From an uncultured Clostridium sp. (lineage in GTDB: Bacteria > Bacillota > Clostridia > TANB77 > CAG-508): DNA of 64,000 bases. The notes below the pieces were generated by a model. The model ran no database searches, was not told the DNA's origin, and worked only from the letters and a program-made list of their open reading frames with translations. Below are positions 34,584 through 43,908 of this stretch, piece after piece. The stretch spans positions 73,767-137,766 of the forward strand of contig URWN01000001.1 of assembly GCA_900551615.1 (NCBI GenBank), read 5' to 3'. Position 1 is the stretch's first letter; each line of letters begins with the position of its first letter. The translations under genes were made by a program, and so were the position numbers.

Positions 34584-35234
34584 ATGAAAGAAAATAAAGA
34601 ATTACAAAAAATTGAAAATATAATGGAGATAGAAACACCAATAGATCCCAAAAGCAAAGAATTTGAAAAAGTAATGTTTATATATCAAGTAGCATTAAAA
34701 GAAATCAACACAAAATTAGAAATACTAAAAGACGAATTTAAATTATTTTATGAATACGACCTAATAGACCACATAAATACAAGAATAAAATCACCAGAAA
34801 GTATTACAAAAAAGATGAAAGACAAAAATTTAAAATATACATACAAAGAAATGATAAAAAATATTAATGATATTGCAGGTATTAGAGCAATATGCCCAAT
34901 TCAAAAAGATATATATTCAATAAGAAATTTAATTACAAAAATACCAGGAATAAAAGTTCTAAAAGAAAAAGATTATGTAAGAAACCCTAAAAAAAGTGGA
35001 TACTCAAGCTATCATATGATTCTTGAAGTTCCAATTACGTTATCACAAAATTTAATATATGTAAAAGTAGAAGTACAAATACGAACATTAGCAATGGATT
35101 TTTGGGCAAGTATTGAACACAAAATGAAATACAAACCAGATAAAGAGGTAACAAAATCTACATCAAAAGAACTTGTTCAATGTGCTAAAATAGTGAATAA
35201 ATTAGATAATAAAATGATGTTATTAAATACGTAA
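34584..35234 (+). CDS. relQ: small alarmone synthetase (RelP/RelQ-type GTP pyrophosphokinase)
   Basis: Full-length resemblance to B. subtilis YwaC/YjbM: DIAGIRAICP, GYSSYHMIL, VEVQIRTLAMDFWASIEHK. Confidence 0.9.
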   Translation: MKENKELQKIENIMEIETPIDPKSKEFEKVMFIYQVALKEINTKLEILKDEFKLFYEYDLIDHINTRIKSPESITKKMKDKNLKYTYKEMIKNINDIAGIRAICPIQKDIYSIRNLITKIPGIKVLKEKDYVRNPKKSGYSSYHMILEVPITLSQNLIYVKVEVQIRTLAMDFWASIEHKMKYKPDKEVTKSTSKELVQCAKIVNKLDNKMMLLNT

Positions 35235-35247
35235 ATTAACATAAAAC

Positions 35248-35276
35248 TTGAAAATATACATGAATTATAGTATAAT
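35248..35276 (+). promoter_or_regulatory. SigA promoter TTGAAA-17-TATAAT for the patatin-like gene
   Basis: TTGAAA at 35248-35253 and TATAAT at 35271-35276. Confidence 0.65.
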
Positions 35277-35326
35277 ATAGATAGTCTAAAGTATAAAGGA
35301 TAGCTTGAATCAAAGGAGGTTACACA

Positions 35327-36061
35327 ATGAAAAAAATAAATATAGCTATTCGGGGCGGTGGAGTAAAAGTCCCAGCAGTTGGAGTATTAAAGGCTTTGAA
35401 AGAAGAAAAAGTGCAGATAAGATGTTACTCTGGAACTAGTATAGGTGCAATAATTGCTACATTGGCTGCATTAGATACGTCATGTACAGAAATAGAACAA
35501 CTATTAAAAGAATTTGTAGTGATATATTCAAATGCGAGCAGACTTAAAGGAGGAAAGGGTAGCCAAGTTATAGAGGATACAGTAAATGGATATTGTAAGA
35601 ACTTAAGATTTAAGGACTTAAAAGTAAAACTGATTATTACTGCCAATCAAGGCGGAATATGGCATCCTAAAAAATTTGTATTCTCAAAAGAAACAACACC
35701 TAATGTAACATTAGGTGAAGCTTGTCGGGCATCTTGTAGTTTTCCAATTGCATATGAACATTACCATATGCGCATAAATGAAAAAAACTATAAATTTTGG
35801 GATGGTGGAATGGTAGCCAATCCAATTTTACCCAAAAAAGGTTTTAACTTAGTTTGTTCATTTAAAAAGGAAAAAACAAATTTAAACTCACGATATGTAG
35901 ATGCATGGAAAAAACCTGAAGAACATGCGGATTTTCTCATAAAGCCATATATAGGAAACATGGGAACATTTGGAACACCGGAAGACATAGCCTTAGCAAG
36001 TGAATTGGGCTATACAGAAGCTAAAAGGAGGATGGAGGAACTACTCCAGCTTATAAAGTAA
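35327..36061 (+). CDS. patatin-like phospholipase
   Basis: RGGGVKV oxyanion motif, GTSIG nucleophile elbow, DGG Asp motif. GC visibly above the local background. Confidence 0.85.
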   Translation: MKKINIAIRGGGVKVPAVGVLKALKEEKVQIRCYSGTSIGAIIATLAALDTSCTEIEQLLKEFVVIYSNASRLKGGKGSQVIEDTVNGYCKNLRFKDLKVKLIITANQGGIWHPKKFVFSKETTPNVTLGEACRASCSFPIAYEHYHMRINEKNYKFWDGGMVANPILPKKGFNLVCSFKKEKTNLNSRYVDAWKKPEEHADFLIKPYIGNMGTFGTPEDIALASELGYTEAKRRMEELLQLIK

Positions 36062-36062
36062 A

Positions 36063-36106
36063 ACATAGGGTGGACAAAGGTAAAACTTTATCTGCCCATG
36101 TTTTTT
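36063..36106 (+). terminator. intrinsic terminator ACATAGGGTGG...CTGCCCATGT plus T6
   Basis: About 10-bp stem with one bulge, T-run 36101-36106. Confidence 0.6.
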
Positions 36107-36237
36107 GTAAAAGTACATTATGAATTATCAACACACAACAAAATAGATTTATAATTTTTAAAAAACAAAGAAGGATTTATGTAAAATAGGTCGAATATTA
36201 TATATAAGTATGTTTATTTGAAAGAAAGAGAGGAAAA

Positions 36238-38019
36238 ATGGCAAGATATAGTGAAGAGATATTAAACGAAGTAAGACAATCAAACGACATAGTAGATGTC
36301 ATATCACAATATGTGCACTTAAAAAGAAGCGGAAGAAATTTCTTTGGACTATGTCCATTTCACAACGAAAAATCACCTTCTTTTTCAGTCTCACCAGATA
36401 AACAAATATTCCACTGCTTTGGGTGTGGAGTTGGAGGAAATGTAATAACATTTGTATCACAAATAGAAGGACTAAACTTTGTAGAAACAGTGCAAATGTT
36501 AGCAGAAAGAGCAAATATACAATTGCCAACACTACAAAACAATGGAGATACACAAAGAGAAATACTAAAAGACAAAGTATATAAAGTAAATGAATTCACA
36601 GCAGAATACTACCATCAAAATTTATACAAACCACAAGCTAAAATGGCACAAGAATATGTAAAAAAAAGACAACTAACAAATGAAACACTAAAATCATTTA
36701 GAATTGGATTCTCAGGCAAATTTGATGAGCTATATCAAGAGTTAAAAAAACAAGGATTCCAAGAACAAGAAATATTAGAATCAGGGTTAGTCAATAAAAA
36801 TGAAAGAGGTCAATACATAGACAGATACAGAAACAGATTAATGTTTCCAATATGTGATGCTAGAGGTAGAGTAATAGCATTTGGAGGAAGAGTTTTAGAT
36901 GACTCAAAACCAAAATACATAAACTCACCAGAAAATGTAGTATATAGCAAAGGAAGACATTTATTTGGACTAAATGTTGCAAAAAAAGGAGACACAAAAA
37001 AGTTATTAATAGTTGAAGGATATATGGATGTAATCTCACTACATCAAAGAGGAATAACAAATGTTGTAGCTCCACTTGGAACAGCATTAACAGAACAACA
37101 AGGATGGTTACTAAGAAAAAACTCAGAACAAATAATATTAAGTTTTGATTCAGACGACGCAGGAATAAAAGCAAAATTAAGAGCAATAGATATTCTACAA
37201 AACATGGGATGCGACCTAAGAGTGATACAATTAGAAGGAGCAAAAGATCCAGACGAGTACATATTAAAATATGGAAATATGCGTTTCCAAAATGTAATAG
37301 ACAAAGCATTTTCAGTAGTTGAATTTAAAGTAAAAATACTAAAAAAAGAATTAGATTTAGATAATACAAACGATAAAATAAAATTCTTAAATGAAATTGC
37401 AAAACTAATTTCAAAAGTAGATAACACAATGGAAAGAGAAGTATATATTGAAAAAATAGCAAAAGAATATGATATTTCAAAAGAAGCAATTTATGCAGAA
37501 GTAAACAAATTAACATATAAAAATGATAAAAGTGAAAAAATATTGGAAAAAGCAAAACCAATAATAACACACAAAAAAGTAGAAACGAAAGAAGTATCAC
37601 AAGCAATAAAAAGAAGAGAGAACACAATAATTTCAATATTACTATCAGGAGATTTATCAATATTTGAAATAATAAAACAAAACATAAAACCAGAAGATTT
37701 TCAAGATGAAATAAATCATGAAATAGCAAAAAAATTGTATGAAGAATTTGAAAAAGGAAATAGTAATATTAATGGAATAATAGATACATTAGAACAAGAA
37801 CAACAAAATCAAATCACAATGATAATGGCAGAAGACTACGAAATAGAAAACTTAGAGAAAGCTATAGATGATATAATTCAAGCATATAAAAGGGACAAGT
37901 TAAATAATAGAAAGCTTGAAATTTTAGAATTATTAGAACAAACTTCAAACAATGAAGAAAAAAAGGAATTAGAAAAAGAGTTAAGTAATATTATTATTAC
38001 ATTAGCAAGAATTAAGTAG
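36238..38019 (+). CDS. dnaG: DNA primase DnaG
   Basis: Zn ribbon [13 protein letters not shown]...FHCFGCG, TOPRIM ([15 protein letters not shown]). Confidence 0.95.
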   Translation: MARYSEEILNEVRQSNDIVDVISQYVHLKRSGRNFFGLCPFHNEKSPSFSVSPDKQIFHCFGCGVGGNVITFVSQIEGLNFVETVQMLAERANIQLPTLQNNGDTQREILKDKVYKVNEFTAEYYHQNLYKPQAKMAQEYVKKRQLTNETLKSFRIGFSGKFDELYQELKKQGFQEQEILESGLVNKNERGQYIDRYRNRLMFPICDARGRVIAFGGRVLDDSKPKYINSPENVVYSKGRHLFGLNVAKKGDTKKLLIVEGYMDVISLHQRGITNVVAPLGTALTEQQGWLLRKNSEQIILSFDSDDAGIKAKLRAIDILQNMGCDLRVIQLEGAKDPDEYILKYGNMRFQNVIDKAFSVVEFKVKILKKELDLDNTNDKIKFLNEIAKLISKVDNTMEREVYIEKIAKEYDISKEAIYAEVNKLTYKNDKSEKILEKAKPIITHKKVETKEVSQAIKRRENTIISILLSGDLSIFEIIKQNIKPEDFQDEINHEIAKKLYEEFEKGNSNINGIIDTLEQEQQNQITMIMAEDYEIENLEKAIDDIIQAYKRDKLNNRKLEILELLEQTSNNEEKKELEKELSNIIITLARIK

Positions 38020-38030
38020 GGGGTAAATTC

Positions 38031-39209
38031 ATGTCTAATAAAAAAGAAGAAAATTTAGAAGAAGTAAAAAAAGTTAATGAAGTGAAAGAAGAAAAAGAAA
38101 CAAAAAAGGAAAGCACAAATAAAAGCGAAAAAACAGACAAAGAAAAAATAAGCAATATAATAGCAGAAGCAAAACAAAATGGAAAAATGACATATAGTGA
38201 TTTAGCAACAAAACTAAATGACGTAAATCCAGAAAAAATGGATGAAGTATTTGATGAATTCGAAAAAGATGGTATAGACTTATTACCAGATGACTTTGAA
38301 GAAGAACCAGACATAGAAGATTTAAAAGAAGTAGAAGAATTAAAACTAGATGAAATAACAGACACAAGCTTTGAAGGAATAAGTGTAGATGACCCAGTAA
38401 GAATGTATTTAAGAGAAATAGGAAAAATACCACTTTTAACATTTGACGAAGAATTAAATCTAGCAAAAAGGATACTAGAAGGAGACGAAGAGGCAAAACA
38501 AAAATTAGCTGAATCAAACCTAAGACTTGTAGTAAGTATTGCCAAAAAATATGTAGGAAGAGGAATGTTATTCTTAGACTTAATTCAAGAAGGAAATATG
38601 GGATTAATAAAAGCAGTAGAAAAATTTGATTACACAAAAGGATTCAAATTTAGTACTTATGCAACATGGTGGATAAGACAAGCAATTACAAGAGCAATAG
38701 CAGACCAAGCAAGAACAATAAGAATACCAGTCCATATGGTAGAAACAATAAACAAATTAATAAGAACATCAAGAAACTTATTACAACAAATGGGTAGAGA
38801 ACCAACCCCAGAAGAAATAGCAAAAGAAATGGAAATTCCAGTAGAAAAAGTAGTAGAAATACAAAAAATAGCACAAGACCCGGTATCATTAGAAACACCA
38901 ATTGGAGAAGAAGAAGACAGCCATTTAGGTGACTTTATACAAGACGAAGACAGTCCAGCTCCACATGATGCAGCATCATATACACTTCTAAAAGAACAAT
39001 TAGAAGAAGTTATGAATACACTAACACCAAGAGAAGCAAAAGTATTAAAATTAAGATTTGGACTAGAAGACGGCAAATCTAGAACACTAGAAGAAGTAGG
39101 AAAAGAATTTAATGTAACACGTGAAAGAATAAGACAAATAGAAGCAAAAGCATTAAGAAAACTAAGACATCCTTCAAGATCTAAAAAATTAAGAGATTAC
39201 ATGGGATAA
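38031..39209 (+). CDS. sigA: primary RNA polymerase sigma factor SigA/RpoD
   Basis: Acidic N-terminal region, region 2 ([30 protein letters not shown]), region 4.2 ([19 protein letters not shown]). Confidence 0.95.
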   Translation: MSNKKEENLEEVKKVNEVKEEKETKKESTNKSEKTDKEKISNIIAEAKQNGKMTYSDLATKLNDVNPEKMDEVFDEFEKDGIDLLPDDFEEEPDIEDLKEVEELKLDEITDTSFEGISVDDPVRMYLREIGKIPLLTFDEELNLAKRILEGDEEAKQKLAESNLRLVVSIAKKYVGRGMLFLDLIQEGNMGLIKAVEKFDYTKGFKFSTYATWWIRQAITRAIADQARTIRIPVHMVETINKLIRTSRNLLQQMGREPTPEEIAKEMEIPVEKVVEIQKIAQDPVSLETPIGEEEDSHLGDFIQDEDSPAPHDAASYTLLKEQLEEVMNTLTPREAKVLKLRFGLEDGKSRTLEEVGKEFNVTRERIRQIEAKALRKLRHPSRSKKLRDYMG

Positions 39210-39213
39210 AAGT

Positions 39214-39240
39214 TGTCAAAAGGGACGCCCCTTTTTGACA
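39214..39240 (+). terminator. hairpin TGTCAAAAGGG-ACGC-CCCTTTTTGACA (GGGACG family), with a partial second copy at 39261-39278
   Basis: Stem 39214-39224 / 39229-39240 directly after the sigA stop codon. Confidence 0.6.
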
Positions 39241-39325
39241 GAAACACAAATTATTAACAGAGACGCCCATTTTTGACAAGTATATAAACAATGTCAAGAG
39301 TGAGTGTCTTTCTTGATAGAAAGGG

Positions 39326-40411
39326 ATGAGATTAAACATGGAAAACATAAGAGATTTTGTGGAAACAATAAAAGGAATACAAACGACACAAATAATTGAT
39401 ATAGGAATTGCAATATTAATATACATATTATTTAGATGTTTAAGTAGAAGCTTAGCATACATGACAGTAAAAATATTTAAACCAAAAACTAGACATAAAA
39501 AATTAATAAGAAAGAATGCATTTTATACACCATTAAGAGTATTTTATGTAGTATTAGGAATATATGTAGCTTTTGTATTTTTAAGACAACCATTAAATAC
39601 AGGAAAATGGTTAAATGATTGGATAGACCAACTATTTAAAATATCAATTATAGTACTATCAGCAAATGGAATAGCAAACAGCCTAACAACAAACAACAGC
39701 CTAGTAAATAGATTAAAAGATAAAATGAATCCAGAAGTAGAAGATTCAATGCTAAAATTTATATTAAAATCAATTAGAGCATTAGTATACATAGTAGCAG
39801 GATTTATGATAATAACAGATTTAGGATTTAACCTAAATGGATTAGTAGCAGGTTTAGGAGTAGGAAGTGTTGTAATAACACTTGCAGCACAAGACACAGC
39901 AAAAAATTTATTTGGTGGTTTAGTGATATTCTTAGACAAACCATTTGTAGTTGGAGACTGGATAGAAGTAGAAAACTACGAAGGGACAGTAGAAGATATT
40001 ACATTTAGAAGTACAAGAGTTAGAACATTTGAAAATTCAGTAGTAAATATACCAAATGCTGTAATTGCAAATGATTCAATAATAAACTGGAGTAGAATGG
40101 AAAAAAGAAGAAACAAAGTAAATCTATGCCTAGATTTAGATACTCCACTAGAAAAAGTACAAATTGTTCAGAAAAGAATAAAAGAGCTATTAGTACAACA
40201 TGATGACGTAATAGATGAAACAATTATAGTAAGATTTGACAATATAACAGATAATGGAATAAATTTAATGGTTTGTAGTTATACAAACTCTATAGATTAT
40301 GCAAGTTTCTTAGAAGAAAAAGAAAAAATAAACTTTAAAATTATGCAAATTTTAAGAGAAGAAAATGTAGAATTAGCATATGATACAAAAACAGTATTTG
40401 TAAAAAATTAA
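39326..40411 (+). CDS. mechanosensitive ion channel, MscS family
   Basis: TM helices followed by PFVVGDWIEV..YEGTVEDITFRSTRVRTFENSVVNIPN. Start ATG 39326 or 39338. Confidence 0.85.
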   Translation: MRLNMENIRDFVETIKGIQTTQIIDIGIAILIYILFRCLSRSLAYMTVKIFKPKTRHKKLIRKNAFYTPLRVFYVVLGIYVAFVFLRQPLNTGKWLNDWIDQLFKISIIVLSANGIANSLTTNNSLVNRLKDKMNPEVEDSMLKFILKSIRALVYIVAGFMIITDLGFNLNGLVAGLGVGSVVITLAAQDTAKNLFGGLVIFLDKPFVVGDWIEVENYEGTVEDITFRSTRVRTFENSVVNIPNAVIANDSIINWSRMEKRRNKVNLCLDLDTPLEKVQIVQKRIKELLVQHDDVIDETIIVRFDNITDNGINLMVCSYTNSIDYASFLEEKEKINFKIMQILREENVELAYDTKTVFVKN

Positions 40412-40444
40412 AAAAGGTCCCTACAGGGATCTTTTTTAGGCTCT

Positions 40445-40663
40445 TTAATTTATAAACCAGACCTTTATAATAGGAACTGCCATAAATATTGCAATGATAG
40501 CAAATAGTACACACAGCCCTACATGAAAAATCATAAATATATCAGGGTTGAGTTTTTTAGATTCTAGTAACCGCTTAACCCATTTTACAGGATTATTCCA
40601 AAAATGAATAGTTACAGGAATCATTAGAATTGCTATTATTGTAAAGATAAATTGCAATATCAT
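40445..40663 (-). CDS. 72-aa two-TM membrane protein, hypothetical
   Basis: AAAGGAGG SD 6 nt before the internal Met (MILQFIFTIIAILMIPV...). Confidence 0.5.
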   Translation of the reverse strand: MILQFIFTIIAILMIPVTIHFWNNPVKWVKRLLESKKLNPDIFMIFHVGLCVLFAIIAIFMAVPIIKVWFIN

Positions 40664-40900
40664 ATAGAACCTCCTTTCAGCAAAACACATAGTTGCACTA
40701 AAATATTATATTACAAAAAAGGTTCAAAATCAACCTATTGCAAAATAAAAATCAATGTAGTAAAATAAAAAGCAAGTAATAGACACAAACAGGACACAAA
40801 AAACAAGTATAATAAATAAGAAAAAATACATTAATATAAAAAATTTATGCATAAAAATCAAAACACTTTCAACAAAAATAAAAAAGAAAGGATGAAAAAC

Positions 40901-41575
40901 ATGGACAAATGTATATTAATTGTAGATGACGAATCAAGAATGAGAAAATTAATAAAAGACTTCTTAACAGCCAAAGGATACTGTATATTAGAAGCAGAAG
41001 ATGGAGAAAAAGCATTACAAGTATTTGAACAAAACTCAGAGAAAATAGATCTAATATTATTAGATGTAATGATGCCAAAACTAGACGGATGGTCTGTATT
41101 AAGGCAAATAAGGCAAACATCACAAATACCAATAATAATGCTAACAGCCAGAGGAGAAGAACAAGATGAATTATTTGGATTTGAACTAGGAGTAGACGAA
41201 TATATATCAAAACCATTTAGTCCAAAGATACTTGTAGCAAGAGTAGAAGCAATACTAAAAAGAACACAAGGAGAACAAAAAGAAGTAAAAGACTATGGAG
41301 GAATAGAAATAGACAAAGAAGGAAGAACAGTAACTGTTGACGGAAAAGTATTAGAACTAAGTCTAAGAGAATATGAACTATTAGTATATCTAGTAGAAAA
41401 CGAAAACATAGCATTATCAAGGGACAAAATACTAAACAATGTATGGAATTATGATTATTATGGAGACTCAAGAACAATAGACAGCCATATAAAAAAAATT
41501 AGACATAAATTGGGAAAAAGAGGAAAATATATAAAAACAATGAGAGGTGTGGGATATAAATTTGAAATTAAATAA
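40901..41575 (+). CDS. OmpR-family response regulator
   Basis: ILIVDDE, LLDVMMPKLDG, LTARG, KPF, plus winged helix (LSLREYELLVYL...VWNYDYYGDSRTIDSHIKKIRHK). Confidence 0.9.
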   Translation: MDKCILIVDDESRMRKLIKDFLTAKGYCILEAEDGEKALQVFEQNSEKIDLILLDVMMPKLDGWSVLRQIRQTSQIPIIMLTARGEEQDELFGFELGVDEYISKPFSPKILVARVEAILKRTQGEQKEVKDYGGIEIDKEGRTVTVDGKVLELSLREYELLVYLVENENIALSRDKILNNVWNYDYYGDSRTIDSHIKKIRHKLGKRGKYIKTMRGVGYKFEIK

Positions 41576-43070
41576 AATAAAAAACGTACTTTCATCAGTA
41601 AAAGTAAAATTATTTTTAACACTAAGCACAACAGTCTTATTAATAATACTATTCTTAATAATAGTAAATAACTTTGCCCTAGAAAAATTTTATTTATATA
41701 AAAAACAAAACACATTAAAATCAGTATATGAATCGTTAAACGACTATTATAAAACACCAGGACAAGACAATGACTTACAAACAGAACTTGAAAAACTATC
41801 AATAAAAAACAATTTTGACATTTTAATAAAAGATAATAATGGAATCAATTTATATACAACAAACAAAAACTTTTCAACAGTAATAGGAAGTATAAATGAC
41901 ATATTAGACAAAGTGCAAGGCGGAAAAGAATTAGAATCAAACGATAATTTTACAATAAAGAAACAAAGAGACTCTAAAAATGGACTATCATATATGATGT
42001 TATCAGGAAAACTAGAAAATGGATATTTTTTATACATACGTATACCATTAAATTCAATACAAGACAGTGTTAGTATATCAAACAATTTCTTATTGATGAT
42101 GGCAGGATTTACAATATTAATTGCCTCAATAATGGTAACAATAGTCTCTAAAAAATTTACAGAACCAATACTAGAACTAAACAACATAGCGAAAAAAATG
42201 TCAAACTTAGATTTCAGCCAAAAATATAAAGTAACAAATGCAAGAGACGAAATAAACGACTTAGGAAGAAGCATAAATACTATGTCAGACAAACTAGAAA
42301 GAACAATAAAGCAATTAAGAAACAGTAACATAGAACTAGAAAGAGACATAGAAGAAAAATCAAAAATAGACGAAATGAGAAAAACATTTATATCAGATGT
42401 ATCTCATGAGCTAAAAACACCAATAGCTCTTATTCAAGGATATAGTGAAGGCTTACTAGAAAATGTAAACAATGATGAAGAAAGTAGAAAATTCTATGCA
42501 GAAGTTATACTAGATGAAACAAATAAAATGGATAAGCTAGTAAAGCAACTACTAGAACTAATGAAACTAGAATATGGAAAAAGAGAATTTAACAATAAAG
42601 AATTTAACATTGTAGAACTTGAAAAAGAAGTGATAAGAAAAACAAATGTGATGATAGAAGAAAAACAAGCAGAAATAAAATTTGATGAAAATGAAGATAT
42701 AAGAGTATTTGCAGATGATTTCTATATCGAACAAGTTTTAACAAATTATTTAACAAATGCAATAAAAAATGTAAAAGAAATGTATGGAGAAAAATACATT
42801 AAAATATCAAATGAAATAAACAAAGAAGAACAAAAAGTTTGCATTAAGGTATTCAACACGGGAAAACAAATTTCAGAAGAAAACTTAAACAGGATTTGGA
42901 ATAGATTTTATAAGGCAGATGAATCAAGACATAGAGAAGATGGAGGAACAGGAATAGGACTTGCATTTGTAAAAGCAATAATGAGTAACTATGATAATAA
43001 ATACGGAGTAAAAAATTTAGAAAATGGAGTAGAATTTTATTTTGAATTAGATATGAGACAAAAGGGATAA
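41547..43070 (+). CDS. sensor histidine kinase (two TM, HAMP, HisKA, HATPase_c)
   Basis: H-box FISDVSHELKTPIA, N-box LTNYLTNAIKN, G-box GGTGIGLAFVKAI. The start overlaps the end of the regulator gene and the exact codon is uncertain. Confidence 0.9.
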   Translation: MWDINLKLNKIKNVLSSVKVKLFLTLSTTVLLIILFLIIVNNFALEKFYLYKKQNTLKSVYESLNDYYKTPGQDNDLQTELEKLSIKNNFDILIKDNNGINLYTTNKNFSTVIGSINDILDKVQGGKELESNDNFTIKKQRDSKNGLSYMMLSGKLENGYFLYIRIPLNSIQDSVSISNNFLLMMAGFTILIASIMVTIVSKKFTEPILELNNIAKKMSNLDFSQKYKVTNARDEINDLGRSINTMSDKLERTIKQLRNSNIELERDIEEKSKIDEMRKTFISDVSHELKTPIALIQGYSEGLLENVNNDEESRKFYAEVILDETNKMDKLVKQLLELMKLEYGKREFNNKEFNIVELEKEVIRKTNVMIEEKQAEIKFDENEDIRVFADDFYIEQVLTNYLTNAIKNVKEMYGEKYIKISNEINKEEQKVCIKVFNTGKQISEENLNRIWNRFYKADESRHREDGGTGIGLAFVKAIMSNYDNKYGVKNLENGVEFYFELDMRQKG

Positions 43071-43094
43071 TCCTAATTTGTCTCATATTTTCTT
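43053..43094 (+). terminator. intrinsic terminator ATGAGACAAA-loop-TTTGTCTCAT (GAGACAA family)
   Basis: 10-bp stem 43053-43062 / 43077-43086, T-rich tail. The last 5 codons of the kinase lie in the stem. Confidence 0.75.
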
Positions 43095-43262
43095 GTCAAA
43101 AAGTGTCGAAAATTGCGATGAAAAGTTCTTTACAAAATAAGAAAAATGTAGTATTATAAATACAGTTTTAATCAAACTACACGAGAGTGTTTTTATCTAA
43201 AAAATTTTTTCGAAAAAATTAATCCAAAAACAAAAATCAAAAAGGTGGGTGAAAAATATGAA

Positions 43263-43451
43263 ATGTTAAAATACACCACAAGATACGTTAATATTGTAAG
43301 TTTATTAATCACTATAATAATATTTATTTCTATTAATTTAATTACCCCTTTATTTAATAAAATAAATAAATACCCTATCTCAAATTTATTTAAAAAAAAT
43401 TATATATTAGTAGAACTAAAATCAAATAGCAATATTAATCAAGATACATAA
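43263..43451 (+). CDS. possible 62-aa small membrane protein
   Basis: GGTGGGTG about 11 nt upstream, one TM helix (IVSLLITIIIFISINLI). Weak support. Confidence 0.3.
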   Translation: MLKYTTRYVNIVSLLITIIIFISINLITPLFNKINKYPISNLFKKNYILVELKSNSNINQDT

Positions 43452-43560
43452 AGATAAAACAGTATATTTGGAGGCACAAGAAAAAATAATGATAGAATAT
43501 AAGCTTGCGGCAATAATGAAAAATATATTGTAAAATATAATAAATAAGTGCGAACACAAA

Positions 43561-43592
43561 CTACCCATTCCAAAATTTTATGGGTAGTTTTT
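43561..43592 (+). terminator. intrinsic terminator CTACCCA-loop-TGGGTAG plus T5
   Basis: 7-bp GC-containing stem 43561-43567 / 43581-43587, followed by TTTTT. Confidence 0.7.
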
Positions 43593-43603
43593 AATTGATA
43601 ATA

Positions 43604-43808
43604 GTTTCAATGTTTATAATTGCTACATGATGATATTTGTATTTGACTGAATGTGATTGAAACAATATTAAAATTTATTAAATATTTTTTGGACAAGAGT
43701 TCACTTTAGTGGAAGGGAGTCCAAAAAGTATTCTAGAAATTATTATATTGTGTATTGAACCAAAGTCAAGTACAAATATCATCATGTAGCAATTACAAAC
43801 ATGAAAAC
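43604..43808 (+). repeat. imperfect-palindrome intergenic element, copy B (38-nt arms plus conserved core)
   Basis: 43610-43647 pairs with 43765-43802, with only one G-T wobble and one A-C mismatch. The core is about 90% identical to copy A. Confidence 0.8.
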
Positions 43809-43908
43809 ATTGTATATTAACATTTTTATTACAATTATGAAAATATTATTGAAAAAAACAAACAAAACAATTATAATAAAATAGACGAAAGAGAAAGGAA
43901 GAAAAAAT

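Noticed and set aside
34584-35234. Toxic small alarmone synthetase (toxSAS) toxin-antitoxin module
   Set aside because: The protein matches housekeeping RelP/RelQ along its whole length. There is no small adjacent antitoxin-like ORF. The neighbouring patatin gene is a separate transcription unit.
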